In this document: positions 1 to 13,990 of the stretch, piece after piece
Numbering within the stretch: the stretch's first letter is position 1
Layout of the letters: every line of letters starts with the position of its first letter
Assembly (NCBI GenBank): GCA_951406725.2
Contig: OX597836.1
Span: 6,386,001 to 6,450,000, forward strand
Length of the DNA: 64,000 nucleotides
DNA from: Octopus vulgaris
Lineage: Eukaryota
Direction of reading: 5' to 3'
Made by a program: the position numbers and the translations under genes
Notes under the pieces: generated by a model
The model's database searches: none
Told to the model about the DNA's origin: nothing
What the model saw: only the letters and a program-made list of their open reading frames with translations

Positions 1-285
1 AGTCGAGAATTCTACCCCGGAACTTATTCTTTGTAAGCCCAGTACTTATTCTATCGGTCTCTTTTGCCGAACCGCTAAGTGACGGCGACGTAAACACATC
101 AGCATCGGTTGTAAAGCAATGCTAGGGGGACAAACACAGACACACAAACATACACACACACATATATATATACATATATACGACAGTCTTCTTTCGGCCC
201 GAGGCTATAGTAGAAGACACTTGCCCAAGATGCCACGCAGTGGGACTGAACCCGGAACCATGTGGTTGGTAAGAAGCTACTACCA
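1..285 (-). mobile_element. tRNA-headed SINE family A (partial, runs off window)
   Basis: Minus strand reads ...CCAACCACATGGTTCCGGGTTCAGTCCCACTGCGTGGCATCTTGGGCAAGTGTCTTCTACTATAGCC..., matching the full copy at 25976-26394. Confidence 0.85.
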
Positions 286-422
286 TAATTATAAGCACAC
301 ACTTCACACACAAATTTAGAAAAAGCAGTTAAAACTAGCTATTTCTCTACCATAAGAAACACTACCCCCTCCCACATATATATAAATGTATATATCTATC
401 TATCTATATCTATCTATCTATA

Positions 423-461
<39 letters not shown>

Positions 462-474
462 ATCTATCTATCTA

Positions 475-510
<36 letters not shown>

Positions 511-635
511 TTATCGTATACATGACATGAAAACAAAATATTATGTAAAGAATTTCATTAGCTCCTTAAGCGTTTTCCTCTACTGATCCTCAGGCACAAC
601 CAGCATGACGCTGCTGTTGTTTTTGTTGTTGTTAT

Positions 636-680
<45 letters not shown>

Positions 681-1190
681 CGACGATGATGATGACGATG
701 ATGATGATGATGACGAAGATGATGATGACGACGACGAAGATAAGGAGAAGGAGGGTGAAGAGAACATGACGGTACTCACGGATTTTATGAAGTCCAGAAA
801 CTCTCCATAAGCGACCATCGCCTTTGAAATAGTCTCATTGCCTTTTCTCTCCAATTTGAGTCTGTCAAATCAAAATCGAAAGGGAATTCATTCTGATTAG
901 CTTTCAGCAAAATAGCATCACACACACACATACACATGCATACACACATACCCACCCATATACACGCGCGCAAACACACACACTTATACTCACAAAATGA
1001 TTGTATATATCCCCAACAACATACACACACACACACACATATATGACACTAAAAATAAGAATGGAGAATTATATATCCTCAAAGCTTGTTTATTGCAGTA
1101 TTATATACAATATCTTCATTTTAAATCTCCGTCTGACACGTGTTTCTACTGCAAAGAAATCCTAGGATATCTATCTATCTATCTATCGAT

Positions 1191-1232
<42 letters not shown>

Positions 1233-1510
1233 TATATATATATGTATGTGTGTGTGTGTGTGTGCGCGCGCGCGTATGTGTGTGTGTGTGCGCGCGTGTG
1301 TGTGTGTGTGTGTGCGTGTGTGGTAAGATATAAAAATTTGAAAGTGAGATTTTTCGCCATTGTTTTTCCGTGCTCCGTTTTTCAAGATTTTCTACGCTCG
1401 TAAAGATTTCATTGAAGTATGCTATATATATACATACTTACATATATATATATATAAGAAATTAAAAGAGAAAAATACGTACACTTACATGGTTTTAATA
1501 TAATTTTTAA

Positions 1511-1547
1511 TACATCGACCGGTTTCGCTTTCGCTATTCATGATATA
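1511..1547 (-). ncRNA. Minimal type I hammerhead ribozyme, A3-U8 core variant
   Basis: TATATC-ATGAATA-GC(GAAA)GC-GAAA-CCGG-TC-GATGTA: 6-bp stem I, GNRA-capped stem II, palindromic stem III, GUC site. Confidence 0.65.
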
Positions 1548-1893
1548 ATGTTTAATTTATATGAATATATACTTTTTCTTAAGAAGAAATTTGGTCCATG
1601 TTGTTTGTGATGAAATTCACGAGTGAATGACTTTACAAGTAGACAAATATATATGTATGTATATCAAAAAATTTGAAGTTGAAGGTGTGCTAACGATTAG
1701 ATAGAGACAGAATGAAAGAGAGAGAGAGAGAGAGAGAGAGAGACAAGCAGAAGGAGACGGAGAGAACAGGAAAAAGATTAGAACGTCTGATGTCAAATAT
1801 GTAACGTCGAATTGGTGACGCCAAATTGCCGGCGCCAAAACTGCTGTGCCAAAACATCTCATACCCATAAATGTATTGGTATAGGACCGAATG

Positions 1894-1943
<50 letters not shown>

Positions 1944-2744
1944 AAATGTAGGATGGTGGAGGCGAGGTGGGGGAGAAAATGTATTATAGTTTGTAAAATA
2001 GAGTTGAAAGAAACTCATACATTTCTACACAATGTGTTAAAAGACAATAGAAAGAATCAGGGAAAGTCACCACAAGATTGATACCGAAATGAAGAAAACG
2101 ATTAGCAGAGAGAGAGAGAAAAGAGGAGGAGAGGGAAGCAGAAGATGAAAGAGAGTGAGAACGAGATAATTATTGGTAGAAGTAAATGCTGATCGATATT
2201 TAACTAAAATAAATTGAACCGGTGTATAAAAAATCAATTGACAAAAACAGATTCGAGGTAGTTTTCCGATAATGAGAAAAACAGAAGTCAATTATCCAAT
2301 AGGTCTCATACATACGAAATGTCTTTGATCATCACATAGCTAATATATAAAGCCTTTGGAACAAACATACGAGTTAAGAAGCAAAACTCAATAACTATGT
2401 ATGCACTCTCTATAGTACTTCAAGGGTTTTCCAGTAACGATCAAAGGATTTCTAAGCAATTCTATTTATTGTAGTAAAATAAGATAAGACTCTTGTTAGA
2501 ATAATTTGGAAATAGACTTGTTTTGGTGACGACATATGGAAATGAACTCACGCCTAAAATTTGGCAAGTTAGACAGAAAAGTTAACACTGACAGTTTCTT
2601 TTCATTTAGACAAACCGCACTACCCAGATCGCCTAGAATATCGTTTGAGAAATTCGAAAATTAATCATAGCATTTCAAATTTTCAGTCCAGTCTCCAGAT
2701 GTGCTGTCGTTGAGTTTTGGAACAAGGAAGCCATATATATATAT

Positions 2745-3160
2745 AATAAAGGGAAAAATTAATTAATCAATTAAAAATTAATAATCTTAGCAAGTAGTTC
2801 GGTATGTTAAGAGAACCATTATCGTTAAACTTATACAAAAATTCTATAACTATAAGTATAATTATAATTAGGGTTCAGCAAAATTTGCTTTACCACATAC
2901 CGAAATTTAGAAATAGCAGTTAAAATACTATTCTACTGTCATAAGAAATCTCCCAGACAGCAATACTCTACAACTCACGCAGGTAAAGAGAAAATGATAA
3001 CGAATCCACCCGGCTTTGATTTAAAATCTTAGATTTAAAATTTGAAATACTGTACTGATGAAGGGAATAAGTGAGTAGAAATATGATTTTACATCTTTTT
3101 ACATCTCTTTAACCCCGAAACGCGTCTACAGTTAATCAAAGCCGGGTGGATGTTTTTTTT
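2745..3160 (+). mobile_element. AT-rich non-coding element starting at (TA)n and carrying a hammerhead (putative PLE-derived)
   Basis: The 5' ~220 bp (AATTAATCAATTAA...CAAGTAGTTCGGTATG...GGGTTCAGCAAAATTTG) recurs inverted at 20900-21135 and partly at 285-370 and 61505-61600. HHR at 3049-3132. Confidence 0.6.
3049..3132 (+). ncRNA. Minimal type I hammerhead ribozyme (canonical core)
   Basis: ACTGTA-CTGATGA-A-GGG...CCC-GAAA-CGCG-TC-TACAGT; perfect 6-bp stem I; predicted cleavage after C3126. Confidence 0.8.
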
Positions 3161-3167
3161 AAATTTT

Positions 3168-3578
3168 TATCATACCTAATGCACCAACTATTAAAGGAAC
3201 TGTTTCTGTTTTTAGGTTCCACATTCGAGTTACCTTTAAAGGATCTCCGTTTCTTTTAGGGATACATCATCATCTGTTGGTATTGATACATCGATTAGAA
3301 AGCAGGTTTTTCTTGATGATCTCTGACAACAATATCGGGTCTATTAGCCTTGATTTCTCTATCCGTATGTATTGACTTATCCCATATCATGGTTGCTTTC
3401 TCATTTTCTGTGACCTTTTCTGGGGTGTGCCTACACCATCTTTTTTCTGATATCATTCCATAGTGATAGCATAGCTTCAAGTGTATATAGGTCCCAACTC
3501 TGTCGTGTCTGTGGATATATTCCTTCTTAGCCAGGGCTGGGCAGCCAGAGACAATATGATTTATTGTTTCTTCCCCCA
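3168..3578 (-). pseudogene. R4/Dong-clade non-LTR retrotransposon fragment (zinc-knuckle end plus restriction-like endonuclease)
   Basis: ETINHIVSGC...RHDRV...IWDKSIHTDREIKANRPDIVV...LIDVSIP...VPLIVGALG, with frameshifts. Confidence 0.85.
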
Positions 3579-3802
3579 TCACCACACACACACACACACT
3601 AACACACACATGTTTCCATGTATGAGATTATGCGTGCGTATGTGTGTGTGGTGTACGTACGTAAGTGAACAGAATTATGTACATGTTTGTATTTTTACCT
3701 ATTTTTTAAAACTTTTAAATATTTAAAATCCCTCCGAGAAGGAAGGAGATGGTTTGTAACGAGGAAACGAAGTTCCAACATAAGAATTTGGATACGTATG
3801 TC

Positions 3803-4105
3803 TACATACATACATACATACATACATACATACATACATACATACACACATGCATACATGCATACATGCATACATGCACACATACATACATACATACATA
3901 CATACACACGCACACACGCACACACGCACACACGCACACACGCACACACACACACACACATACATACATACATACATACAATCATACATACATACATACA
4001 TACATACAAACATACATACATACATACATACATACATACATACATACATACACACACACATACATACATAAATACATACATACATACATACACACATGCA
4101 TACAT

Positions 4106-4142
<37 letters not shown>

Positions 4143-4937
4143 TACACACATACACACATACATACATACATACATACATACATACACACATGCATACATG
4201 CATACATGCATACATGCACACATACATACATACATACACACGCACACACGCACACACGCACATACGCACACACGCACACACACACACACATACACACATA
4301 CATACATACATACAATCATACATACATACATACATACATACATACATACATACATACACACATGCATACATACATACATACACATACACACACACACACA
4401 CATACATACATACATACATACATACATACATACACACATACACACATACACACATACATACATACATGCATACATGCATACATGCATACATGCACACATA
4501 CATACACACACACACACACATACATACATACATACATACACACATACATACATACATACATACATACATACATACATACATACATACATACATACATACA
4601 TACATACATACATACATACATACATACATACATACATACATACATACATACATACATACATACATACATACATACATACATACATACATACATACATACA
4701 TACATACATACATACATACATACATACATACATACATACATACATACATACATACATACATACATACATACATACATACATACATACATACATACATACA
4801 TACATACATACATACATACATACATACATACATACATACATACATACATACATACATACATACATACATACATACATACATACATACATACATACATACA
4901 TACATACATACATACATACATACATACATACATACAT
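3803..4937. repeat. Compound (TACA)n/(CA)n/(TGCATACA)n microsatellite, ~1.1 kb
   Basis: Pure TACA run from ~4545 to 4936; a TGCATACA x3 block recurs at ~3850, ~4190 and ~4467. Confidence 0.95.
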
Positions 4938-4963
4938 CATGATAATGTATGTACCTATGTAGT

Positions 4964-5353
4964 GTGTGTAGAAGCACTCCGTCGGTTACGACGACGAGGG
5001 TTCCGGTTGATCCGATCAACAGAACAGCCTGTTCGTGAAATTAATGTGTAAGTGGCTGAGCACTCCACAGACACGTGTACCCTTAACGTAGTTCTCGGGG
5101 ATATTCAGCGTGACACAGAAAGTGACAAGGCCGGCCCTTTGAAATACAGGTACAACAGAAACAGGAAGTAAGAGTGAGAGAAAGTTGTGGTGAAAGAGTA
5201 CTGCAGGGATCACCACCATCCCCTGCCGGGGCCTCGTGGAGCTTTTAGGTGTTTTCGCTCAATGAACACTAACAACGCCCGGTCTGGGAATCGAAACCCC
5301 GATCCTACGACCGCGAGTCCGCTGCCCTAACCACTGGGCCATTGCGCCTCTAC
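4964..5353 (-). mobile_element. tRNA-derived SINE, head H1 + tail T1 (octopus OK/OR-like)
   Basis: A box TGGCCCAGTGGTTAG, B box GTTTCGATTCCC; 12-bp TSD TACCTATGTAGT at 4952-4963 and 5354-5365. Confidence 0.9.
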
Positions 5354-5649
5354 TACCTATGTAGTATGTATATATGCATGTGTGAATATGTGTATGTCTT
5401 TGAGCATGTATGTATATTTGTGTGTATGTTCGCGTGAACATAAGAATGTATATATTTGTGTATAGGTCATTATGCATATGCGTATGTGTGTGTGTGTGTG
5501 TGCATAGATGTGTACACAATATGTACGTACGCATGCATATACATACATTTGCATATATGTCCAGATGTATGCGTCTGTCTCGGCTAAGATAACTACATGT
5601 CGAAAGATATGTGAAATGTGTGTGTACATGTATGTGTGTATATACGATG

Positions 5650-5682
<33 letters not shown>

Positions 5683-5735
5683 TAAATGGTCGTATGTATA
5701 TATCTACTAGAGTGTACATGATGCAAAAAGCAGGA

Positions 5736-5920
<185 letters not shown>

Positions 5921-6103
5921 GTATGTATGTATGTATATATATATATATACACATATATACAGAAATAGAAAGTAAATTAAAGGAACAAAGGAATCTATAT
6001 ATACACATGTATAAGTGAGTGGTGAAGTTTATGTATATTTTTGTCTCTTATCTAGTTCATTAAATCTGATGACGTCATTGTGTTATTAAGTACACTTTGT
6101 CTC

Positions 6104-6135
<32 letters not shown>

Positions 6136-6334
6136 CATATGTTCCCGCTTATACATGCATCCCCACACATTTATAGACGCGTAAACATACACACAGACGC
6201 ATAAGGTGTAACTACATACATATGCATACTTATGTACACATATACTTACCTACCTACCTACCTACCTACCTACCTACCTACCTGCCTACCTACCCATGTA
6301 TGTATGTATGTATGTATGTATGTATGTATGTATG

Positions 6335-6367
<33 letters not shown>

Positions 6368-6403
6368 GTCTACCTACTTAACTGTCTACCTACATATATA
6401 ATA

Positions 6404-6442
<39 letters not shown>

Positions 6443-6634
6443 GAATATATATATATATATATAAATATGAATATATATATATGTCTCTGAGTTTATACGT
6501 ATGTATGTAGTTGTGTATATATCTATGTATATACGTATATATTATATGTATGCATACGTAGCTTTATATATATATTTATACATTTATATAAATGTATATA
6601 AACTTACACACACACACATATATATATATGTATG

Positions 6635-6714
<80 letters not shown>

Positions 6715-7169
6715 AGAATGAGAGAGAAATGAACAGCTTGGGAATATGTGTGTCTCTGCAAAGAACATACCAGTATAAATGGACATGAACTCTTCGTACC
6801 CACATGTATATATATACACTCATATAGACAAATGTTTTGTATACACGTGTAATTACATGTACAAAAACATAAATATATATAGGCACAACATATACACACA
6901 AGTGTGTGTGTGTATGTGTGTATTTATGTACCTATATGTGTGTTTATATAAATACACAAGCACATTCAAACACACACATACACACACACTCACTCACATA
7001 TATGCATACGTACGCACATACATGCATGCATGCATACATACATACATACAGACAGATAGACAGACAGACAGACACTCATACACACTTGCATGTATACACA
7101 TAAACACGTGTTGATGAGGATACATTTTAAATGTCAAAGAAGCAATTTTTGTCGAGGAAACGGCATCTC

Positions 7170-7281
7170 CTTCTTCATCATCATCATCATTATCATCATC
7201 ATCATCATTATCATCATCGTCATCATCATCATCATCATCATCATCATCACCAGCATCATCATCGTCATCATCATCATCATC

Positions 7282-7338
<57 letters not shown>

Positions 7339-7470
7339 GTCATCGTCATCATCATCTTCATCATCATCATCTTCATCATCATCATCATCATTATCATCAT
7401 CATCATCGTCATCGTCATCATCATCATCATCATCATCATCATCTTCATCATCACCATCATCATCATCATG
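7170..7470. repeat. (ATC)n microsatellite
   Basis: Imperfect CAT/CGT/CTT triplets. Confidence 0.95.
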
Positions 7471-7676
7471 CTTGCGTCGTTGTTTTTGTTGTCATTGCTG
7501 CTATTATGTTTTAAACCAGTTGTTTTGAGTTTCGCTCAGAGACCAGAGGAAACAGCAAACCGGACGTTCCACCCCGACGGTTATTTATCGGTAGTAATGA
7601 TGTTTTTCAGGAAAAGGGGACCAAATACTGAGAATTAAGATTCCTTTGAAAGTTTATTCTAATATTTGCGAATTTG

Positions 7677-7755
7677 AGGGCGGTGAGCTGACAGAATCGT
7701 TTGCGCGCAGCATAAAATGCTTAGTAGCATTTCGTCCGAATTTACGTTCTGATTC
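7677..7755 (+). mobile_element. SINE family E head, truncated at the B box
   Basis: GGCGGTGAGCTGACAGAATCGTT...AAATGCTTAG...TTTACGTTCTGA matches the family E 5' end. Confidence 0.7.
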
Positions 7756-8433
7756 GTTTAAGGACTCCTTCGTTTAAGGACGCTTTCGTTTAAGGACGCT
7801 TTCGTTTAAGGACGCTTTCGTTTGAGGACTCGTTTAAGGACGTCTTCGGACGTCTTCGTTTAAGGACGACTTCGTTTAAGGACGACTTCGTTTAAGGACG
7901 ACTTCGTTTAAGGACGACTTCGTTTAAGGACGACTTTGTTTAAGGACGTCTTTGTTTAAGGACTCCTTCCTTTAAGGATGTCTTCCTTTAAGGACTCCTT
8001 CGTTTAAGAACGTCTTCGTTTAAGGACACCTTCGTTTAATGACTCCTTCGTTTAAGGACGTCTTCGTTAAAGGACGTCTTCGTTAAAGAATAACTTTGTT
8101 TAAGGTGCCGCTCGTTTAAGGACGTCTTCGTTTAAGGAGGTCTTCGTTTAAGGACGGTTTCGTTTAAGGACGTCTTAGTTTAAGAATGACTTTGTTTAAG
8201 GGAGTCTTCGTTTAAGGACATCCTCGTTTAAGGACGTCTTCGTTTAAGGACATCCTCGTTTAAGGGCGCCTTCGTTTAAGGACATCCTCGTTTAAGGACT
8301 CCTTCGTTTAAGGACTCCTTTGTTTAAGGACGTCTTCGTTCAAGAATGACTTAGTTTAAGGGCGTCTTCGTTTAAGGACATCCTCGTTTACGGACGGCTT
8401 CGTTTAAGGACTCCTTCGTTTAAGGACGCCTTC
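7753..8433. repeat. 16-bp minisatellite (TTCGTTTAAGGACGTC)n, ~42 units
   Basis: Conserved TTCGTTTAAGG plus a variable 5-nt block (ACGTC/ACTCC/ACGAC/ACGCT/ACATC). Confidence 0.95.
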
Positions 8434-9039
8434 TTTGTATCTGCTAATGCATAGACTTGTATATAATTTATCCCCCTATGAAAAGCACCGAAAAAACTGG
8501 GTAATGATGTTGTTTGAAGCTTAATATCTGATGACGAAGATGAACTGCATTTCGCAAAACAGGAATGAAATAATCCAGACAATAATATTATCCACAGAAT
8601 AATCTATTACATATAGCATTTGGCAATGTGTAAGATGCACTTTCGCATATGACAAACCCTTATAGTTTCGTGGAAAGAAGTATATTTTGAGGGAAAAACC
8701 CAAGAAATATTGTATTTCGGCATCATATTCGAAAACGGTCGAATTTACAAATATAAAAAAAAAAATGGCCCGTTTTGTACATCGGAAGATCCGTTACATA
8801 GTCTCCTAGATACATATATCCACGTTTGGTTTATAGTCTAATACGATATTGAGAGGAGCACCTCAGTTCAGGAAGATGGAGTGTTAAAGAAAAGGAAACC
8901 TTTTGGGTAAATAGGTCCGGATTTTTAGGGTCACCCAACTGGAATAATAAAACTAACAACAGCTACAATAATATCAGCACCTCCACCACCACCACCGCCA
9001 CCACTACTACCACCGCCACCACTACCACCAACAAGGCCG

Positions 9040-9104
<65 letters not shown>

Positions 9105-9244
9105 GTCATCATCATCATCATCATCATCATCGACATCAACTAGAGCTGCTAGTTGCCATACGTTCTGCTTTTTCAATGCGTCTTTCCCACGACGACGACG
9201 ACGACCACCACCACCACCACCACCACTGCAACCACAACCAAAGA

Positions 9245-9278
<34 letters not shown>

Positions 9279-9610
9279 TCATAACCGTCAAATGCGTCAC
9301 TGTTTCTGCCACTACTACCACAATAGCGACCACTACAATTATCACTGTAATTACTCTTACCACAACACCTACAACTACCACCGCTACCACTACCAGCACG
9401 ACCAATATTACCACCACCACCACCACCACCACCACCACCACCACCACCACAAGACCCACCGACATGGCCATGTCCACCAATGTTACTATGTCTGCAGAAA
9501 CCAGGCAATTGCGTACATCCCACCTTCGTGTATTTCGTTGAAGACATACGGTGGCGGAACATTTGGAAACAGAAGCTAATTGTGCATTAATTATTACAAA
9601 CAGTGTAGAC

Positions 9611-9657
<47 letters not shown>

Positions 9658-9787
9658 AGAGAGAAAGAGAGAGAGAGAGATACATACATACATACATGCA
9701 TGCATACATACATAATACATACATACATACGTACGTACATATTTATATGCATACATGCATACATATTTGCATATACATATGTATATG

Positions 9788-9856
<69 letters not shown>

Positions 9857-10017
9857 TAATATGTACATATATATACTTATAATATATACATATATATAAT
9901 ATATGTGTTTTATATACACTGTATATGTGTGTTTGCATATGTATATTGTATATAATTGGATAAATAAATATATAAGTATATATAAATATGTATATATACA
10001 TACATAATATATGCACA

Positions 10018-10055
<38 letters not shown>

Positions 10056-10085
10056 TATATATATATATACATATGTATAATATGC

Positions 10086-10131
<46 letters not shown>

Positions 10132-10679
10132 TATATATATATATATATCTATGTATGTATGTATGTATGTATGTATGTATGTATGTATGTATGTATATGC
10201 GTCTGTGTGACTGTGATCTAATCTGCTTAATAAGTGTATATGACTTAAACACAGTCACACTGCCGCCGCCATGAACGGGAGTATTATCTTCGTATCACTG
10301 AGAATAATAATGATGATGATTAATTATTAGAATCATTTACACACACACACACACACACAGAGCGGTGCCTTTATAACATGTATGTGTGTTTACCAGTTAG
10401 TTATAAGGGACAACCTAACACGAGATTTGTAGAGTTTATTACAGTATAAAATAACACAATCGACAAGGCAGACGACGGTTCATCGTGAGATTGCGTCGTA
10501 ATCGCGCGAATCAATCATCTGGCAGACAACCTATCGTCTGTTGTGAATATGGCGGCCGTTGGGAGGTTCTGTTTTTTTTTTTTTTTTTCTACTTTATAAA
10601 ATCTCGATGAGTGAATTACGTAAGGATTATTAGCGACCCGAAGGAGAGTTTCGCGGCTTTCCCTCTCTATCGTGATTTG

Positions 10680-10736
<57 letters not shown>

Positions 10737-10780
10737 ATATATATATATAGATATATAGATATAGATAGATAGATAAATGG

Positions 10781-10819
<39 letters not shown>

Positions 10820-10897
10820 TATATGTACACACACACATGCATATAACCATCAGACATAGAAACCTATACATACATGCATATATATATATATATATAG

Positions 10898-10941
<44 letters not shown>

Positions 10942-11006
10942 ATGCATTTATATATACATACATATATACATATATAAATGCATACATACACATATATGTA
11001 TATAAA

Positions 11007-11065
<59 letters not shown>

Positions 11066-11190
11066 GGACATGACAGAAGGAAATAGATATCGGATAAAAC
11101 ATCGTTTATGTTTGTTTAAACTTGAAAAGTTTTATATTTGTTATTAATTGACATTTTTCTGCTTCAGGTTCTATTTGTGACTGTTTAAAC

Positions 11191-11780
11191 ATGCCATGTA
11201 GAAAAGAAGCCTTGGAGCTGTCTGAATTTCAAAGAGGCCGTATCGTGCGTCAATCTCAACGTAGATTGTAGGTCAGCAGAAAATAGCAGAAAACATCGAG
11301 ATCCTGCTTTTTGCAGTCAATAAAGTGATTCCTCAATTCAACAGAGAAGAGAAGATGTCCATATCACCATACCCAGGTCGGCCAGGGACCTCTTACAGGA
11401 CCCTTCGCATTATTAAGCGAAACGTGGAGGATAATTCATATTGCAAGACCTCTGACATAGCAGAACAATTTGATGTCAGTCCCAGAACAGCTTTCAGGTA
11501 TCCCCACAAACCTGGTTACTATGGCAGAGCAGCAAGAAGGAAGCCACTTCTTCAACCAGGCAATATAAAACGGAGAAAAGATCGGGCCAGTGAAATGGTG
11601 AAGAGGCCACAAGCATTTTGGGACACTGTCATATTCTCCAATGAGCCAGATAAATATGTGTCCATATTGCATAAAGGATTCCTTCTAATCTTCTCCAATG
11701 ATGAAATTATTAAAGACGCTTTATATTTATGGAAGACAGGGCTCCTTGTCACGCGACTAAAAAGAGATGGAAAATGGAGA
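11191..11780 (+). pseudogene. Tc1-family transposase remnant (internally deleted)
   Basis: ELSEFQRGRIV, GRP, GYYGRAARRKPLL, WDTVIFSNE (first D region), then a frameshifted FMEDRAPCH (second D region). Confidence 0.85.
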
Positions 11781-12474
11781 TAGAAAGGGAAGAAAGAAAA
11801 GAAGGATAGAGTCAGAGACAACAAGAGAAAAATACCCAAAGAAAAAGGAGAGAAATTTAGATAATGATGGAAAACGTCAATGAGAGAAAGAGAGAGAGAT
11901 AAGGAAAGGCAGTGAAATATATATTGAGAGACAAAGAGAGAGAAGAGAAGAAAAGAAGAGAGAGAGAGCAAGAAAGAGAGATAAAAAAGAAGGAAAAATG
12001 GGGGAGAGAGAATAAGTAAAAGAGAGAAGGATCTTACTTTTCTTCTGTGGAGATGTTTAACTTTTCAATATAAGGCATTAATGTATGGAAAAAGCTGTCT
12101 TCAGTCTTATTCAAAGCATCTTCCATAATTTCAACCACAGGAATCTGCAGAGAGATAGAAAAACATATATCAATATCTCATGTGGAAGGGTTGATAATTG
12201 CTAAGATTTTGTCGCATGAAACCGTTGGTAGCCTTGTTAACCAACGAATAAAGGATATTTATCCGCCAACACATTTATTCTCCCTGTCTGATATTAGCGT
12301 ATCGTAATAAGGATGAAATGAACGGGTGCATTATATAACTTGACCTGTAACAATAGGCAACAGAATATAACATTATGTAAGGTGGTGCGTACATAAAGGG
12401 CCACTTTTTCAAGAAATACACCTTTGAGAAATTTTTTACGTGACATGTCACCAAAAATTTAGCGCAAACGGTTG

Positions 12475-12519
<45 letters not shown>

Positions 12520-12624
12520 CTTATGTATATAAATGACGCCTAAATTAAGGACAGCTGTTTCGGCACAACTCTGTCGAATGTAGTCATAACAGTATAATAC
12601 ATTACCACGATCATCAAGGGCTAA

Positions 12625-12792
12625 GTCAGTTACATCGACCCCAGTGTTTCACTAGTACTTAATTTATCGACCCCCAAAAGGATTAAAAGCAAAGTCATCC
12701 TCGGCGCCATTTGAACGCAGAGCGTAATGGCAAACGGAATACCGCTAAACATTTCGTCCAACACGCTAACGATTCAACCAGCTCACCGCCTT
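12625..12792 (-). mobile_element. SINE family E (degraded)
   Basis: ATCGACCCCAGTG...ACTTAATTTATCGACCCC...GCTCACCGCCTT. Confidence 0.8.
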
Positions 12793-12812
12793 ACTACTAC
12801 TACTACTACTAC

Positions 12813-12875
<63 letters not shown>

Positions 12876-12906
12876 TAATAATAATAATAATAATAACAAC
12901 AACAAA

Positions 12907-13004
<98 letters not shown>

Positions 13005-13005
<1 letters not shown>

Positions 13006-13218
13006 CCTTTCTACGCTAGGCACAAGGCCCGAAGTTTTGGGGGAGAGGCCAGTCGATTAGATCGACCCCAGTATGCAACTGGTACTTAATTTCTCGACCC
13101 CGAAAGGATGAAGGGCAAAGTGGACCTCGGCGGAATTTGAACTCAGAACGTAAAGACGGACGAAATGCTGCTAAGCATTTTGCCCGGCATCTTAACGGTT
13201 CTGCCAGCTCGCCGGCTT
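13005..13218 (-). mobile_element. SINE family E monomer with tail b ending in (ATT)n
   Basis: Full head and body; tail CCCCCAAAACTTCGGGCCTTGTGCCTAGCGTAGAAAGGATTATT. Confidence 0.85.
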
Positions 13219-13598
13219 AAGGGAGACTAAATAACCAGTACGAATGCAACAATAACATCTGGTAATGATGCGTGTTATAAGAACATGGAAGTAGGTTCTT
13301 ACCATGGATACGTTGTGTAGAGTTCGGTTTAGCGATATTGCCTGTTTCATTAAATCCGTGTATTGCTTTATCTGGAAAGTATAAGAGAGAGAGAGAGACA
13401 AATGTTGAATTTAGACTTGTAAAAGAATTGCAGTTGGTTTTTGAATAGCGAAGCCAGGAGAGAAAACGAGAGGGAGAGGAAGAGGGGAAGAAGAGAGAGA
13501 AAGAAGAGAGAGTAAGAGAGAGTGGGATGGGTGAATGAGCTGCAGAAAATGAACGCACACACACCAACACATATATATATATACATATATACATACAC

Positions 13599-13671
<73 letters not shown>

Positions 13672-13683
13672 CGTACATACGAT

Positions 13684-13890
13684 TAAACTGTGGAAGGGGC
13701 ATCATGCCGGTAATAATAAACACACGCACTGGTTCGGTTCTTCATTGTTAGTGTTCGGTATTGTTCGTGTTGTTATTTCTGTTTTTTTCTTTTTCGTCTT
13801 TAACACGTACAATATTGAAAAATAGCAATAAAGGACCGAACCAGTGCGTGTGTTTATCATTACCGGCATGATGCCCCTCCCAAGGTTCAA
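13684..13890. repeat. Long inverted repeat (hairpin), ~85-bp arms, ~30-nt loop
   Basis: 13695-13738 is the reverse complement of 13835-13878 with 1 mismatch; imperfect pairing continues on both sides. Confidence 0.9.
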
Positions 13891-13948
13891 CAACATTTCT
13901 TTCAATACACGAATTCCCATCAAGAATCTTGCAAACCAAACACAAACA

Positions 13949-13990
<42 letters not shown>

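Noticed and set aside
3687-5051. 454-aa and other long ORFs (HTYI, YIYI, poly-I/H/S/M/D/T)
   Set aside because: They are translations of microsatellites that lack stop codons; the same applies to 34955-35740, 36415-37604 and most of the ORF track.
5275-5353. tRNA genes at A/B-box motifs (also 14774, 17692, 25976, 28700, 39615, 50690, 54761)
   Set aside because: No complete cloverleaf; each runs into a SINE body, some with TSDs.
6060-6100. CTGATGA motifs here and at 8528 and 27846 (minus)
   Set aside because: No matching GAAA, helix II or helix I.
7753-8433. CRISPR-like repeat/spacer pattern
   Set aside because: The variable part is only 5 nt and recurs; the context is eukaryotic and no cas genes are present.
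12545-12620. Minus-strand GAAA-CAGCTG-TC with upstream TTGATGA
   Set aside because: It looks like a hammerhead 3' half, but no helix I or helix II partner could be found.
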